Positions 1 to 12,920 of a DNA stretch of 53,372 nt are shown here, piece after piece. The DNA is from Octopus sinensis (taxonomy: Eukaryota): positions 1 to 53,372 of the forward strand of contig NW_021833718.1 in assembly GCF_006345805.1 (NCBI RefSeq), written 5' to 3'. The notes beneath the pieces were generated by a model. That model searched no databases. It was not told the origin of the DNA and worked only from the letters and a program-made list of their open reading frames with translations. Numbering within the stretch: position 1 is the stretch's first letter; every line of letters begins with the position of its first letter. A program made the translations under genes and the position numbers.

Positions 1-181
1 TCTTATTTCTTCTGCCGTACATTTGAGTTCAAATTCCGCCGGTGTCGACTTGCCGCCTTTCCCTTTCGGGGTCGATAAATAAAGTACAGGTTTCGCACTG
101 GGATCGATGTAATCGACTTAATCTGTTTGTCTGTCCTTGTTTGTCCCCTCTGTGTTTAGCCCCTAGTGGGCAGTAAATAAA
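1..181 (+). mobile_element. tRNA-derived SINE family 2 (Nin/Deu-like central domain), 5' end cut by window edge
   Basis: B-box GAGTTCAAATTCC, GTCGAC..CCTTT..CGGGGTCGATAAA domain, tail ...TTTAGCCCC..GTGGG.AGTAAA shared with the 5303 and 9189 copies. Confidence 0.85.
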
Positions 182-1824
182 TATATACGCCTATATGCAT
201 AAACACACACACATACAAGTAGAAGAAATAGCTAACGTTTTTTTGGCTGCTATTTCTAAACTTCGGTATGTGGTAAAGCAAACCTTTGCTGAACCCTGAT
301 TATAAAGTATTACTTAAGTTTACGATGAAATGGTCTTTTTTCATGCCGAATTATACTTGGTGAAATTATTGATTACTTCTTGTTATTATTATATATATGT
401 ATATACACACACGCATATATACACACATACACATACATAAGCAGTGACTGGATTATCACCAATAGAATACAGCATCGTAGAGGCATATTCCAAGGAGACA
501 GCTTCTCTACGATGTTATTTATACTTTCTGTAAACTCCTTGTCATCTACGTTAAGGAAGTCTGAATGATATCTTCCTGATTCACAAGATAACAGAAATAC
601 CAAAATTCCTCACTATTTCTTTGTTCATGACTTGAAGCTATATGCAAAGAATAGGCACGAGATGAAAAAGACCTTTGACCTGGTCACAACTTTCTTAATG
701 ATTATAGGGTTGGAGTTTGGTCATGATAAATGTTGCGATATGGCTGTGGAAAGAGAGAAAACTGTGAACCAGTCTAGCAACATCGCCATCAATGACTTCA
801 CTACTTCCCTTATATTTGATGAGGAATGTTACAGGTATTTAGGGGTGGATGACTATATATCTTAAACTTGTACCTGTAACAAAACACGTATCACTAAAGA
901 GTATTAGAGCCGAATTGAGAAAATTTATGCCTGGGAACACTTTGCATTCAGTAAGACTTTTGCACAAAATCTATTTGCATTGCCCGTTCTCATTCAAACA
1001 TTTCAGCTTCTTGACTGGACGCTTAATGAGAGCCGAAAACCCAGAAAATACTAACAAGCACGCATAATGTCCAGATCAACGGTTACATAGACCACCTCTA
1101 CCGAAAACGAAAACAAGGCGGCAGAGGTTTAACATCGATCCAAAATGCCTTTGGATGTCTTATCATCTCTCTTCTGAAGCATCATTTAACCACCAAATAT
1201 CGAAGTGCATCCCTTGACCAAGTGTACACAAATGCGGCTGATAACATTATAAGACTTAGAAGGCAGCCACTTGAGCAATATTTCTTGTCTGATAACCTTA
1301 AATACATGCCTGAAGAAGACGTACGACCCTACCCCAGCGAAAAGGATGAACGTCAATGGGCAGGAGAACATGCATGGATATGTTAGTAGAAAGTTCAGAG
1401 AAAATAGTAACTTTGATCATCATAGTAATCTACCATTGACCAACAAACGGATTACCACCTCCCACTTTGAAGGGTATAAGTTTTCAATCCCGGAACAGGA
1501 AATATCAACCAAATACCTGATGCACAACTGGCACAGAGATGCAGGAAAAGCAGTAAAATGTGACAACCGATGCAAAGTTTGTGGAGTTAACACCGAAGCT
1601 ATCACCCGCATCATAAGCAGCTGTCAGAAATGTCATCACGGTATTATCTACCAATGATACGTGATGTAGTTAGAACAGTGTATAGCGAGATCCCTAGAAG
1701 GGATAACGCCGAGGACAAAGAAATAAGAACCCACCACAGTATTTTGGAAGCCTTAGCCACTCATAATAAAAAGGAATACTAGTGGAATGTGTCAGTGAAA
1801 ACCTCAATAAAATATAAACACAAT

Positions 1825-2001
1825 AGGCGTAGGAGTGGCTATGTGGTAAGTAGCTTGCCTACGAACCCCATGGTTCCGGGTTCAGTCCCACTGCGTGGCA
1901 CCTTGGACAAGTATCTTCTACCATAGCCTCGGGCTGACCAAAGCCTTGTGAGTGGATTTGATAGACGGAAACTGAAAGAAGCTCGTCGTATATATATGTA
2001 T

Positions 2002-2060
<59 letters not shown>

Positions 2061-2297
2061 CATATGTATGTTGTGGATATGTTTGTGTGTCCCTGTTGGT
2101 TACCTCAACATCGTTTGACTGCCGATGCTGGTGTTTTACGTCCCCGTAACTTAGCGTTGCGGCAAAAGACACTGATAGAATAAGTACTAGGCTTACAAAG
2201 AATAAGTCCTGGGATCGATTTGCTCGACTAAAAATATGTCGGTGCTCCAGCATGGGCACAGTCAAATGACTGAAACAAGTAAAAGAGTGAAAGAGTA
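1825..2297 (+). mobile_element. tRNA-derived SINE family 1 (CORE-like domain, internal microsatellite, LINE-like tail)
   Basis: A-box TGGCT.TGTGG, B-box GGTTCAGTCCC, CACCTTGG.CAAGT core-like motif, internal (TA)n, tail GGTGCTCCAGCATGG...GAAACAAGTAAAAGAG. Confidence 0.9.
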
Positions 2298-2305
2298 CAA
2301 TAGAC

Positions 2306-2708
2306 AGCAGGAGTGGCTGTGTGGTAAGTAGCTTGCTAAACAACCACATGATTCCGGGTTCAGTCCCACTGCGTGGCATCTTGGGCAAGTTTCTTCTGCT
2401 ATAGCCCCGGCCGACCAATGCTTTGTGAGTGGATTTGGTAGACGGAAACTGAAAGAAGCCTGTCGTATATATGTATATATATATGTATGTGTGTGGGTTT
2501 GTGTGTCTGTCCCCCTAGCATTATTGCTTGACAACCGATGCTGATGTGTTTATGTCCCCGTTACTTAGCGGTTCGGCAAAAGAGACTGATAGGATAAGTA
2601 CTGGGCTTACAAAGATTAAGTCCCGGGGTCGATTTGCTCGACTAAAGGCGGTGCTCCAGCATGGCCGCAGTCAAATGACTGAAACAAGTAAAAGAGTAAA
2701 GAGTAAAG
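2306..2708 (+). mobile_element. SINE family 1, second copy directly after the first
   Basis: Same head, core and tail as 1825-2297. Confidence 0.9.
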
Positions 2709-4197
2709 ACATACTATAATGATTTGAGATAGTGAAGAGAAACTGTGTAAAGTTGTGGAAATCAGCTGCCCAGCTGATGTTAACATAAAGCTTAAGATCA
2801 GTGAAAAATAAAATACCTACGGTGAAATATTGAGAAATATGCAGTTACTCTATCCAGATTACAAGTTCAACTTTATACCTGTGATTATTAGGGCCCTGGG
2901 TTATGTAACACACTGCCTAAATACCAATCTTGAGAAATTATGCTCCTCAAAATCAGAAAGGAGAAATTGGAAGCCTACAGATGATTGGAAGCCTACAGAT
3001 CCAAGTCATCACTGGAACTCTATATATCTGTAAAACTTTCCAGAAGTTTATCGTTTAATTATATATGAGCAAGTCTAGATATGCAAGTATATGCATCAGA
3101 AGACATGCATAAAACAAATCATACAAATTTGCACGTATACACAGACACACATACATATATATATATAAATTACACTTACATATATATACATAAATTGCAT
3201 GATAATTTTTACTCTGGTGTACAAGCGGTTTTAGAATGTCTAACTCTCTAATCCCTGACAACCACGGATAAACGAATGTGTTTAACAGACGCAACATTAA
3301 AATAAGTTATAGTTGCATGAATATCATGAGAAGCAGTATACGATGAAGATTCACAATTACAAACGTAGAATGCATATCTCATGAAACAGTAATTCTTCTC
3401 CATTGACCGATTCGTATATACTAAAGAAATTACCAGCCAGTATTTGAGAAATTAACGCTCAAACAACGTTATGGTATGAAGGTCTATACTGAGATTTTAT
3501 AGAGAAAGAAAATTAAAACCTGATATTATCATCAACTTCAAATATCAGAGATAAAATGTTGACTATCATGTAAGATTTCTAGCTATAACTAGCCATTTCA
3601 AAACAGGGATACAAATCACTATGTCAGATAGAAATTGCTCCAATATTCCAAGTCATACAATAATTGTAGCTAAATATATAATTTGTACATTACGAAGAAA
3701 AATCCTATCCTTGTATTTCAATTCCAAATTTGAGAGTATCGTAAAGTGTAAATACGATCGTAGATACATCCTGAAGTTTTCAGTGGGGAAGCTTTGAAGA
3801 TATAGCATACATATAATCATATCTTGGTCCCTGTCCAAAGATTTGTAGATTAATGTTGGGACTTCAAACGTTAATCTTGACCTTTATATTCAACACTAAC
3901 ATCATAGTATGTACTATTTTAATATTTGTATATTTCACGATTCTAACATTCAACCTATAAATTCAGAGAATTCCTTCACTATTCCATCCTGCTTAAGAGT
4001 CTAATGAGGTTTTGACTGATTGTGTATAATTTTTTATTCCTTATCTCATTATAACTTCATATGCCTTTCGGTATACAATCTGCTGGTAGTCCAGGTATGT
4101 GTCTCTATAGCATCTATTCTTATGTACATACATACACAAACACACACATACACACAAACACGCACACATGCACACACACACACCACACAGAGATATA

Positions 4198-4241
<44 letters not shown>

Positions 4242-4416
4242 GTGTGTATATATGTATATATATATTAGTATGTATATATATATATATATATATATCATGC
4301 TCTATATTCAAAATGAATGTATGCTAATGGATTATGTGTTGTGGATATTCATGCATACGCACACAGATGTATGCATCTAGGTATGTATGTATATATGTGT
4401 GTGCGCGCACGTGTGT

Positions 4417-4507
<91 letters not shown>

Positions 4508-4517
4508 ATATATATAT

Positions 4518-4933
4518 AGGCGCAGGAGTGGCTGTGTGGTAAGTAGCTTGCTAACCAACCACATTGTTCCGGGTTCAGTCCCACTGCGTGGCACCTTGGG
4601 CAAGTGTCTTCTACTATAGCCTCAGGCCGACCAAAGCCTTGTGAGTGGATTTGGTAGACGGAAACTGAAAGAAGCCTGTCGTATATATATATATATATAT
4701 AAGTGTGTGTGTATATGTTTGTGTGTGTGTGTTTGTCCCCCTAGCATTGCTTGACAACCGATGCTGGTGTGTTTACGTCCCCGTTACTTAGCGGTTCGGC
4801 AAAAGAGACCGATAAAATAAGTACTGGGCTTACAAAAGAGTAAGTCCCGGGGTCGAGTTGCTCGATTAAAGGCGGTGCTCCAGCATGGCCGCAGTCAACA
4901 AGTAAAAGTGTAAACAAGTAAAAGAGTAAAGAG
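4518..4933 (+). mobile_element. SINE family 1, full length
   Basis: GGCGCAGGAGTGGCTGTGTGG head through (AGTAAAAG)n tail, flanked by (TA)n. Confidence 0.9.
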
Positions 4934-4964
<31 letters not shown>

Positions 4965-5302
4965 ATATAAATATACGAGGGGGAACGCAAAAGAAACCGG
5001 TATTTTTTTTTATTCCCTTAGATTTACATGTTTACACATTTATCGCCTTGCGTATATACATGCATGTATATGTGCGAGTGTGAGGTGTGTGTGCGTGTAT
5101 GCATGTGAGTATGTACGTATATTTCACTTGGGCACTGTGAGACTAAGTACACTTACATTTGTATCTAGGTATTCCAGGTTAGATTTTTAATGTTTTTAAT
5201 GACTACCACGTACTCTTGAGCATCGTTCTATTCAGGGAGATACGGAGACATACAATTAGTCATTCTTCACACAAATATCAATTCTTTAAACGTTTTCTTT
5301 CA

Positions 5303-5532
5303 AGGCGGTGAGCTGGCAGAAACGTTAGCACGCCTGGCGAAATGCGTAGCCGTATTTCGTCTGTCGCTACGTTCTGTGTTCAAATTCCGCCGAGGTCGAC
5401 TTTGCCTTTCATCCTCTCGGGGTCTATTAAGTAAGTACCAGTTACGCACTCGGTCGATATACTCGAATTAATCCGTTTGTCTGTCCTTGTTTGTACCCTC
5501 TGTGTATAGCCCCTTATGGGCAGTAAAGAAAT
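5303..5532 (+). mobile_element. SINE family 2, full length
   Basis: GGCGGTGAGCTGGCAGAA head, GTTCAAATTCC B-box, GCCTTTCATCCT domain, AGTAAAGAAA tail. Confidence 0.88.
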
Positions 5533-5542
5533 GAATATTTAG

Positions 5543-6087
5543 TGAAGTTTCAAAGGCTGCCATAGCCGGGAGTAGTAGCGGGGATAAGCTCCCGCTGTCT
5601 ACAAAGTGCTCCCACGGCGTGCGCACAAATAGCCTCTGACAGTCAAGTTCAACTTCTGGCCTTCCCGCGGCGAGCTGTTCCCACTGACAGGAGAAGTTGC
5701 TTCGGGTAGTTGGGACTCGATAGCCTTGACTGGCGGCCCATCTAGGAGAGGGAAACTCTTATTTCAAACCTCCGCTGCCTTACGGCAAGACCCCATCCTG
5801 GGGAAGGCTAAGGGAGTAAACCCTGATAGAAAATCCGGAGCTGGAGTCCCTAAGGCGGCCTGACACAACACGTCATCACCGGCAACTCCTGCGACGCATC
5901 TGGTACCAAGCTGTATCGACTCGTCGCTCCCTTAGAGCTACCAGCTACGTGGAGAGGGGGGATTAAACTGCATGGTCAACAGCTATCACTCATACAAACC
6001 TGCCCAGGCCTTGTAGCTCAACAGGAAGAGGACACCTTTTCTGAACTACGCCATCGTCTCTCGAGACGGACCGATGCCGACGACGAC
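5543..6087 (+). mobile_element. Non-autonomous RTE-related retroposon (5'UTR-like segment fused to a short 3' tail)
   Basis: GC-rich island; CCATCTAGGAGAGGGAAACTCT..TTCAAACC resembles RTE 5'UTRs; ends in (GAC)n; 10-bp TSD GAATATTTAG at 5533-5542 and 6088-6097. Confidence 0.7.
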
Positions 6088-6528
6088 GAATATTTAGGGA
6101 AATAACTGTTACCCCGGATGAATTTAACGTGTGTAGCAAATGAATTTACGAAATGCGGTCATCCAAGCGGCATAGCGGTTACCCAGCCGTTCTTGCAATA
6201 TAAAGGATAAACTGAAACATCTCTTGACAATCAGAAGCATATGCCTTTTTTCTCCTGTGTCTTTCGTACCGTGTTGATCTTCATGCTAAGAAAGCTTCAG
6301 AAGTCCAGAATAAAGCATGTTTCGAATATGTGCTCTCAATCCACAATGACATCAGCGTAGTTTCAGTTTTATTATTTTTTTTTGGTTCAATTAGATGTTG
6401 GTGTAATTGTACAGTTCTAACAATATTTTTCCGTGAAATCAAACTACATTTGTCTAAATACTTGCTATATAAAAATAAACCTATCTATCTATCTATCTAT
6501 CTATCTTCATGTATATGTGTAACACTTT

Positions 6529-6587
<59 letters not shown>

Positions 6588-6815
6588 CGGCATGACTGAG
6601 CTCGTAGATGTGTATACATGTATATAAAAATATATGTGTGCATATACACACAGGCCAACACACACAAGTATATATATACATACATATATATATATACATA
6701 ATTCATATATATATATATGTACATGTACATAATGTATACATATATATATATACACTCACAGAGTATGTCTATCTATCTATCTATATATTTGTCTATCTAA
6801 AACTCTCTCTCTTTC

Positions 6816-6852
<37 letters not shown>

Positions 6853-6863
6853 ATATATATATA

Positions 6864-6925
<62 letters not shown>

Positions 6926-7720
6926 CAGGCATACATGCATACATATGGGCATAAATATGTATAATTTATACACATTTATGTGTGTGTGTGTATACGTGCG
7001 TGTTACATGTGCATGAAGATATCTTTGAATGTACGTATGTTTGTATGCGTGTATATGTGTGCTTGATATTATGTCAATCCCTCGATGTCTCTAATAACAA
7101 TGTCTGTCACGCAAGTAAAGATTAATACATCTCTCTCCCTCTATCTCCCTCTTTCACTCTCTCTGTTTCCTTCTTTCTCTATTTTGTGTTGTCTAACTTT
7201 GTCTCATAATAACTACTTCCAGCATTAGGAGACGTAAACAAGAAAACGCAAAAAGCACACAGCGAAAAAACTATAAGAAAATTTCAGAAACATCTCGGAT
7301 TTTTCTTTTTACCCTACAGACTGATGTTCTCCATATGTTACATAAATTACATCGCAGATATTTTGGTTTTTGTTTGTTTTTGTTTTTTCAATTGAGGCAT
7401 GCTTTGATGAAGGTTCAACAAATATTTCTTGTTGCAGTTAGGTCTTTATAATTGCATTATGTTTTTATTACATGATACAGAAAGCAATTTGTAGAAAAAA
7501 ATCTCCGTTCTAAAATAACTGCTCATTATGTCACCAATATTTTAACAAAGGCATGTTTAGTGTAATCTTAATTCTTATAATCTTTGCCGTCGCACTCGTA
7601 TAAGTGATATATGATTTGAATCATTATGAATTACTCGTATATACATAAATACGTGCAAACATAAATCACTAAATACACAAACATACGCATATATATATAT
7701 ATATATACATATATAATATA

Positions 7721-7765
<45 letters not shown>

Positions 7766-7771
7766 ATATAT

Positions 7772-8292
7772 AAATGTTACTTTACTCGGTAGTCAAGATA
7801 AAACTCTGAGTTTCAGATGCCGAAGTGGAAATCCACAACACCATCTCTCGGTTATCTGGCTATTTGAAAACGCTATGAAAAAATACCGTTAAATAAAGGG
7901 AAATTACTGTGCTATAACTCTGCTTGCCTGCGTACTTATACATCGCTCGCATTTTTTGTCATAAAAATTATATAAAAATACATAAAAAATATATAAAAAG
8001 ATATAAAAATATATAAAATCTTCTTGGGACATAACATAGAAAGCCTGTTCTATCTGTTTTCTTTAGGGGACCAAAAACGTAACAGAAATTTAGTCACATG
8101 TGGGCATGATCCGAAAAGTTCTGTCCTTGTATTTAGACGTGTAGTAGGGTCTAAGCTGCTTTTCCAGATAAGCCATCTCTCCATGACGCACAGACCACAC
8201 CTTCCACTGCCGTTGGTATAGGGCTTACATCTGGCCAAAATCTTCCATTGTATGTTATAATCGACACCTTTATCTCTTAAAGACCAAATATG
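7772..8292 (-). mobile_element. Penelope-like element 3' fragment: C-terminus of GIY-YIG-type endonuclease plus tail with decayed HHR
   Basis: Minus strand reads HIWSLRDKGVDYNIQWKILARCKPYTNGSGRCGLCVMERWLI...RLNTRTELFGSCPH, matching the PLE endonuclease C-terminal pattern HIW..WKIL..CxLC..E..LNxRxE..CxH; tail ends in (TA)n. Confidence 0.8.
7795..7857 (-). ncRNA. Degenerate type I hammerhead ribozyme in the PLE tail
   Basis: Minus strand: AGATAA-CCGAGA-GATG...CATC-T-GAAAC-TCAGA-GTT-TTATCT; stem I AGATAA/TTATCT is perfect, core is one nt short of CNGANGA. Confidence 0.6.
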
Positions 8293-8416
8293 CGGCCATG
8301 CTGGTGCACCACCAGGAAGACATTTAGACGAAGAAACCGACCGCAGGACTTATTTTTTTAGTCTAAGATTTATTCTGTCGGACATTTTTGTTGAACCGCT
8401 AAGTTACGCGTATATA

Positions 8417-9015
8417 TATTTCTTTACTACCCACAAGGGGCTAAACATAGAGAGGACGAACAAGGACAAACAAACGGATTAAGTCGATTACATCGACCCC
8501 AGTGCGAAACTGGTACTTTTATTTATCGACCCCGAAAGCATGAAAGGCAAAGTCAACCTCGGCGGAATTTGAACTCAGAACGTAACGACAGACGAAATAC
8601 CTATTTCTTTACTACCCACAGGGGGCTAAGCACAGAGAGGACGAGCAAGGACAAACAAACGGATCAAGTCGATTACATCGACCCCAGTGCGAAACTGGTA
8701 CTTTTATTTATCGACCCCGAAAGCATGAAAGGCAAAGTCAACCTCGGCGGAATTTGAACTCAGAACGTAACGACAGACGAAATACCTATTTCTTTACTAC
8801 CCACAGGGGGCTAAGCACAGAGAGGACGAGCAAGGACAAACAAACGGATCAAGTCGATTACATCGACCCCAGTGCGAAACTGGTACTTTTATTTATCGAC
8901 CCCGAAAGGATGAAAGGCAAAGTCGACCTCGGCGGAATTTGAACTCAGAACGTAACGGCAGACGAAATGCGGCTAAGCATTCCGCCTGGTGCACTAACGT
9001 GTCTACCAGCTCGCC
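8417..9015 (-). mobile_element. Head-to-tail trimer of SINE family 2 (185-bp period)
   Basis: TATTTCTTTACTACCCAC starts at 8417, 8602 and 8787; only the copy ending at 9015 keeps the full head. Confidence 0.9.
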
Positions 9016-9188
9016 ACTTTCTTTACGCGTATATAAACACACCAACACTGCTTGTCAAGCAAGAATGGAAACACAAGAACAGACCGACAAACGCACATAT
9101 ATATGTATATAAGATGGGCTTCTTTCATTTTCCATCTAACAATTCAACTTACAAGGCTTTGGTTAGACCGAAGCTATAGTAGAAAATT

Positions 9189-9419
9189 TGGCGGCGAGCT
9201 GGCAGAAACGTTAGCGCGCCGGGCGAAATGCTTAGCGGTATTTCGTCTGTCGTTACGTTCTGAGTTCAAATTCCGCCAAGGTCGACTTTACCTTTCATCC
9301 TCTCGGGGTCGATAAATAAAGTACCAGTTTCGCACTGGGTCGATGTAATCGACTTAATCCCTTTGTCTGTCCTTGTTTGTCCCCTCTATGTTTAGCCCCT
9401 TGTGGGTAGTAAAGAAATA
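9189..9419 (+). mobile_element. SINE family 2, inserted into a minus-strand family 1 remnant (~9045-9465)
   Basis: Full head and tail; TAGTAGAAAA occurs on both sides as a TSD-like repeat. Confidence 0.85.
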
Positions 9420-9589
9420 TATAGTAGAAAACACCTTCCCAGTGCGCACGCAGTTGGACTGAACTTGGGAAGCAATCCTCCAATCCTACGGTTGGGAAGC
9501 AATCCTCCAATCAAAGAGCAACGCCTGCACCTATCATTGAAATACAAATAAATACACAAGTAAAAATAAAAGACGTTGTTAAAGTAACA

Positions 9590-10870
9590 AAATTTCATAA
9601 ATTTTCAGATTTTTAAATCAATTTATAAAAATCATTATTTAGGGGTTTTGAGACTCGTAGTTTCATAGTAAAGGAAATTAAAATTTCGGCCAGGTAATTC
9701 CTAAATTTCATAATTTTCCACGATCTTCTTATAAGATTTCAGCAACAATCCTTCAGATTCTTCAGATATATAAAAGAGTCTCACGACGTGTTTCAACAAC
9801 AAGTGGCACGATCTTATAAACTTTCGAGAGAACGGAAAATAATTGTATTGGAACGGTGGATATCAGGGGACATAAAGCTATAGATAACAGCAGGCAAATA
9901 TGGTATTGTTGCCCTATAATGCTTGCAACTTTGGGGATTTTAAAATCAATTTATACAAAACATTATTTAGGGTTTTTGAGACCCGTAGTTTCATAGAAAA
10001 GGAAATCAAAATTTGGGCCAGGTAATTCCTAATTGTCCGCGATCTTCAGCAATAAACCTTCCCATTCTTCAAAGTGAAAGGATCTCAGTAATATATAAAC
10101 CAGTCTGACGACGTGTTTCAACTACGGGTAACAATATTATATAAACATTCAAGAGAACGTAAAATAATAGTTTTGGAACGATGGATATCAGAGAACATAA
10201 AGCTACAGATAACAGCAGGCAAATAGCGTGTTGCTGCCATAAGATGCTTGCAACATTTCGGGATTTTTAAATCAATTTATACAAATAATTAGGATCATTT
10301 CGGTTTGAACGGCAGTTTTTTCTAAATGTGTCATATGAAATTGTCACCCACGATTTTGACCATAGTATTGATCTATTGCATTTCAATCTGTTTTAGGGTT
10401 AGGGTTAGGGTTAGGGTTGGGGGGAAGGGTATCTTTTTTTCTTCACAAATGTAAATAAACCCAATCTGTTTCTTAAACGAGGAACATATTCATACGTTAC
10501 AGAATGTTTTTCACCTCAATAGACGTCGTTGATTGGTTGAAATTGAAGAAATTGAAGAAAAAAACAACAAATATCTTACAAACCATAGGATTTTCTCAAT
10601 AAAGCCAATAGAAAAAGATGTTTTATAAACACATTCTACCAGTATACGAAGTTTAAAAGTTTTTAGTTATCTAGAAATTATTTTTAAAAACTGCCGGTCA
10701 AACCGAAAAGATCCTAAATATTTAGGGTTTTCGGCCAGGTAACTTCTAAGTTTTATAATTGTCCACGATCATCTTGCATGATTTCAGCAATAATCCTTCT
10801 GATTCCTCAAAGTTAGAGGATCTTAGGAATAGAAAAGAGTCTGACGACGTGTTTCAACGTCAGAAGGTTG
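9590..10870. repeat. Diverged ~327-bp tandem repeat (about 3 units), third unit split by a MITE
   Basis: GATTTT(T)AAATCAATTTATA at ~9608, ~9936, ~10262; GGCCAGGTAA and ACGACGTGTTTCAAC recur in each unit. Confidence 0.8.
10292..10714. mobile_element. MITE with ~28-bp TIRs, TA target duplication and internal (TTAGGG)4
   Basis: TA|GGATCATTTCGGTTTGAACGGCAGTTTTT ... AAAAACTGCCGGTCAAACCGAAAAGATCC|TA; TTAGGG x4 at 10393-10416. Confidence 0.85.
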
Positions 10871-11194
10871 TCTTACCCATATTTCCATTTATGGAATTTT
10901 GGATATACAAAATAACATTATTAACCGATCTAAATTCAGAAATTATATTATTTATCGGTTTCTACTTAACTCTTTTGCGTCAGTTGAAAGGGTTTTCATT
11001 TTATTTATTTATTTATTTATTTATATAATTTTTTTTTTTTTTGGTTTTCCATTTTAGAATTCCTTATTTTAAGAATTTTGTTTCACGGAAAACAGTAATA
11101 AAGTTAAAGTTTTCTTTCTAGATTTATGGGTAAATTTTTTTCGAAAGTCAAAATGGATATGTATATACAAAGATACACACGCGTGCGCACACAT

Positions 11195-11281
<87 letters not shown>

Positions 11282-11300
11282 CATATATACACATATCTAC

Positions 11301-11370
<70 letters not shown>

Positions 11371-12227
11371 GTATATATGTATATACATATATATGTATAT
11401 ATATGTATATATATATATATATATATATACATATATATGAATATGTATACATATATATATGTGTGTATATATTCACACGCATATACGTATGCATTTATAA
11501 TTATAGTTAAGCATATGAGTAAGTAAATGTGTAATTGACTTTGGGTGTATATATATATATAATATATATATATATATATAATATATATATATATACATAC
11601 TTACATTCATATATATTTATAGATATGTATGTATGTGAGATTGTATGTATATGTGGGTTTGTGTATATAAATATCTATGAATGTATGCAGGTGTATATAT
11701 TTGCATAAATGTATATGCGCGTGTATGTTTGTGTGTGTGAGTTTATATGTATATGTGTGCATAAATATGTGTATATCTATAATATATATATATACATATA
11801 TACGTAATATAAGTATTTACACATATAAATAATTATATTTATACATATGTATATATATTTTTTAAGTGTGCAAGGAAATAAATATGACATGGCGCCGATA
11901 TTATTATTGCTTTGGTAAAGCCGTATTCCCTATTTAATATATATGTTTGTGCGCGCGCACCTGTGAGAGTGTGCCCATGTGTGTGGTTGTACGAGCGTAT
12001 GAACATTTTTATGTGTGTTGTATGTATGCGTGGATATTGGTACATACATGAAAAAGAGACGTAAACACACAAGAAACACGACAACGACAACAGCAGGATC
12101 AAAACAGCAACAACAATAACAGTAACAACAAGAAAAGCTGTAACTGTGATAGTAAAAATTTCACTGCATTATTACTGCTGCTGCTGTCTGTAAAAAAAGG
12201 ACAAAAAAAAACGAAGCAAATGACATT

Positions 12228-12255
12228 ATGAATAATAATAATAATAATGATGATG

Positions 12256-12310
<55 letters not shown>

Positions 12311-12315
12311 TGATG

Positions 12316-12348
<33 letters not shown>

Positions 12349-12381
12349 GTAATAATAATAATAATAATAATGATGATGATG

Positions 12382-12421
<40 letters not shown>

Positions 12422-12709
12422 TTATAATGATAATAATAATAATAATAATAATGATAATATTAATATTAATAATAATAATAATAATATTAATATTAATATT
12501 AATAATAATAACAATAATAATAAGAAGAAGAAGAAGGAGGAGGAGGGGAGGGGAAGAAGAAGAAGAAGGTGGAGGTGGAGGAGGAGAAGAAGAAGTAGAA
12601 GAAGAAGAAGAAGAAGTAGTAGTAGAGAAGAAGAAGAAGAAGAAGAAGAAGAAGAATGAAACCACTAAAAAAAATAACAGCAAAAACTATGAAGATAATA
12701 ATGATGATG

Positions 12710-12748
<39 letters not shown>

Positions 12749-12920
12749 TAATAATAATAATAATGATGATGATGATAATAATAATAACAATGATAAGGAT
12801 AATGATAATAATAATAATAATAATAAGAAGAAGAAGAAGAATAGTAATAATAATAATAATAATAATAGTAATAATATTAATAATAATGATGATGATGATG
12901 ATGATTATGATGATGATATA
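12228..12920. repeat. Compound trinucleotide microsatellite (AAT)n/(GAT)n/(AAG)n/(GAG)n
   Basis: Direct reading; source of the poly-N, poly-I and poly-E ORFs. Confidence 0.97.

Larger units (their letters stand above)
445..3060 (+). mobile_element. Decayed non-LTR retrotransposon with RT, CCHC knuckle and restriction-like endonuclease (R4/Dong-like), interrupted by two SINEs at ~1825-2708
   Basis: RT motifs RGIFQGDSFSTMLF, (FVHD)LKLYAKN, YRYLGV; CKVCG..EAITRIISSC knuckle; KHNR|SINEs|...VVEISCPADVN and YKFNFIPVIIRALG C-terminus; multiple stops and frameshifts. Confidence 0.85.

Noticed and set aside
1271-1657. Standalone zinc-finger gene
   Set aside because: It is the CCHC region of the frameshifted LINE ORF.
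10393-10416. Telomere or chromosome-fusion site
   Set aside because: Only four units, in one orientation, inside a TIR-bounded element.
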